A stretch of 64,000 nt of DNA from Eledone cirrhosa (taxonomy: Eukaryota), in NCBI GenBank assembly GCA_964016885.1, contig OZ024750.1, positions 2,232,001-2,296,000 on the forward strand, in the 5' to 3' direction. How positions within the stretch are numbered: the first letter of the stretch is position 1; each line of letters opens with the position of its first letter. Below the pieces are notes generated by a model. The model saw only the letters and a list, made by a program, of their open reading frames with translations. It did not search any database and was not told the DNA's origin. The position numbers and the translations under genes are program-made. Positions 1 to 64,000 of this stretch are shown here, one piece after another.

Positions 1-428
1 AATAAAGTACCAGTAATGTACTGGGTAATTGCTGGCCTTGTGCCAAAAGTAGAAACAATTATATTTTTCCAGCAACACTATTGAAGATGTGTTTGGTGTG
101 GATTCTCAATGTGATAAAAGTGAAGTTCTTTTATTTACAACAGTTAAAAAAATCTTCATTTTTAAGTATTTCTTGTTAATCCTTCCCAGACCATATATGC
201 TCAAGTATAAGCCGATACAAATATAAGTCGACCTCACTATTTTGTGTCTGAGAAATAGGGTAAAATCCCAATCCTATTTATGTAGAATTGAGTTGGTGAA
301 AATTGTCAAAATATTGACCCAGCCTTTTTCTACCCCCAAAAATGTTGACTTTGTGCTAAAATTAGAAACTATTAAATGTGAATCCTGACAACTTATAGAA
401 CCGGTCTTTAATTAGAAAATATTTCCAG

Positions 429-62849
<62,421 letters not shown>

Positions 62850-62872
62850 GTAAGACAACCTTCATTTTTATA

Positions 62873-63495
62873 TAATAATAATAATAATGAAATTATTGTG
62901 TACAGTGCTCAGGTGCACTACAACTCGTCAAAGGTGCATGTATAGTACATAGAATAATACACAAATGTCAGGGAAGTGAATAGTGTATGAGTCATGGTAT
63001 ACATGTGTGTATGTGTATGCAGGGGGAACATTAGGTGTAGTGTTGGCGAATCTCGGGAAGCATGGAGGCCTTAAAGGATGCAGTGTCTCGACAGCTAACA
63101 ACTGATGCAGGTAGTTTGTTCCATGCTTCAGCAACTCTGAGCGTGAAAAAATGTTTCTGAAAGTCATGGGAACTGTACTGTTTTCTGACTTTGTGGGCAT
63201 GCCCACGTGTGTTAGACAGTTGGAAATCAAAAAGGTACTCAGGGTTGTTGTTGGCAAGATGGTTAACAATTTTGTGGGTGTTTACCAAGTCAGTTGCCAG
63301 GCATCGGAGCTTCAATGTATCCATGCCCAGGGAAGCAAGGCGTTCAGAGTATGGTAGATGCATGATGGAGGGTATTCGCTTGGTTGCACGTCTCTGAACA
63401 GTTTCCAGGCAGTCAATGTTCTGAGCAAGATAGGGGTTCCAGACTGGTAATGCAAATTCTAAGTGTGGCCGCACCATAGCATGTACAGCCTTAAA
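62873..63495 (-). mobile_element. CR1/L2-group LINE 3' fragment
   Basis: ORF 63031..63477: VRPHLEFA.PVWNP...LE.VQRRATK.I...Y.ERL..L...L...NTRGH..K...FF..RV...WN.LP; (ATT)n tail. Confidence 0.9.
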
Positions 63496-63504
63496 TAGAT
63501 AGTC

Positions 63505-63660
63505 ATGTTTAATATAGAAATGGCTTCTACAGGATTAGAACTGTTTCATTTGAAGGAAATCATCTAGTCCTGTAGAAGCCATTTCTATATTAAACATTGT
63601 ATATATTCTACTATGAATTGAATACCTTACTTACTGTGTTTACCACCGATTGAACATGGG
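63505..63660. mobile_element. Fold-back copy of the 34130/37050 hammerhead family
   Basis: Inverted repeat 63505-63597; minus strand reads gatga-tttccttcaaat-GAAA-cagttctaatcctg-TA-gaagc with the core truncated at the inversion point; tail resembles 34180-34250. Confidence 0.7.
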
Positions 63661-63719
63661 ATACACACATCTCTCTCTCTATATATATATATATGTATAG
63701 AATATATATACTGACATGT

Positions 63720-63870
63720 AGGCACATGGCTTAGTGGTTAGAGCATTGGCCTTGCAATCAAAAGGTTGTGAGTTCAATTCTCAGACCGGGTGATGTGTTG
63801 TTTCCTTGAGCAAGAGACTTTATTTCACATTGCTCCAGTTTACTCAGCTGTAGAAATGAGATGATAGGGA
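63720..63870 (+). mobile_element. tRNA-head CORE-like SINE, 3'-truncated (other copies ~19845, ~22770, ~35100-35230 minus, ~62220-62465 minus)
   Basis: Near-identical to 43706-43850. Confidence 0.8.
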
Positions 63871-64000
63871 CTATTATATATTCTATATATATATATATAT
63901 ATTCTCTATATATATATATATATATTCTCTCTCTATATATATATATATTCTCTCTCTATATATATATATATACTCTATATATATATATATATATATATAT

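Overview
AT-rich, microsatellite- and retroposon-dense eukaryotic DNA. The repeat families (tRNA-head CORE-SINEs, RTE LINEs, SINEs with RTE-type tails) suggest a coleoid cephalopod, probably Octopus; this is an inference. The + strand carries 12 internal coding exons (about 1138 aa, all GT-AG and phase-consistent, both ends outside the window) of a TBC1D2/2B-like RabGAP. It continues into an ARHGEF10/17/JIP3-type beta-propeller with a very large low-complexity insert. Inside its 42.9-kb intron, on the - strand, lies a complete 3-exon, 879-aa secreted coiled-coil plus fibrinogen-domain gene resembling Drosophila scabrous. The introns also hold a dense set of small hammerhead ribozyme motifs from several unrelated sequence families: at least 6 with an intact core, plus degenerate and half copies. 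Most sit in (TA)n tracts, often as fold-back inverted repeats, near a Penelope-like RT relic. Other mobile DNA includes TTAA MITEs and RTE, CR1, CRE and R4-type LINE fragments. Most long ORFs in the supplied track are microsatellite artefacts.
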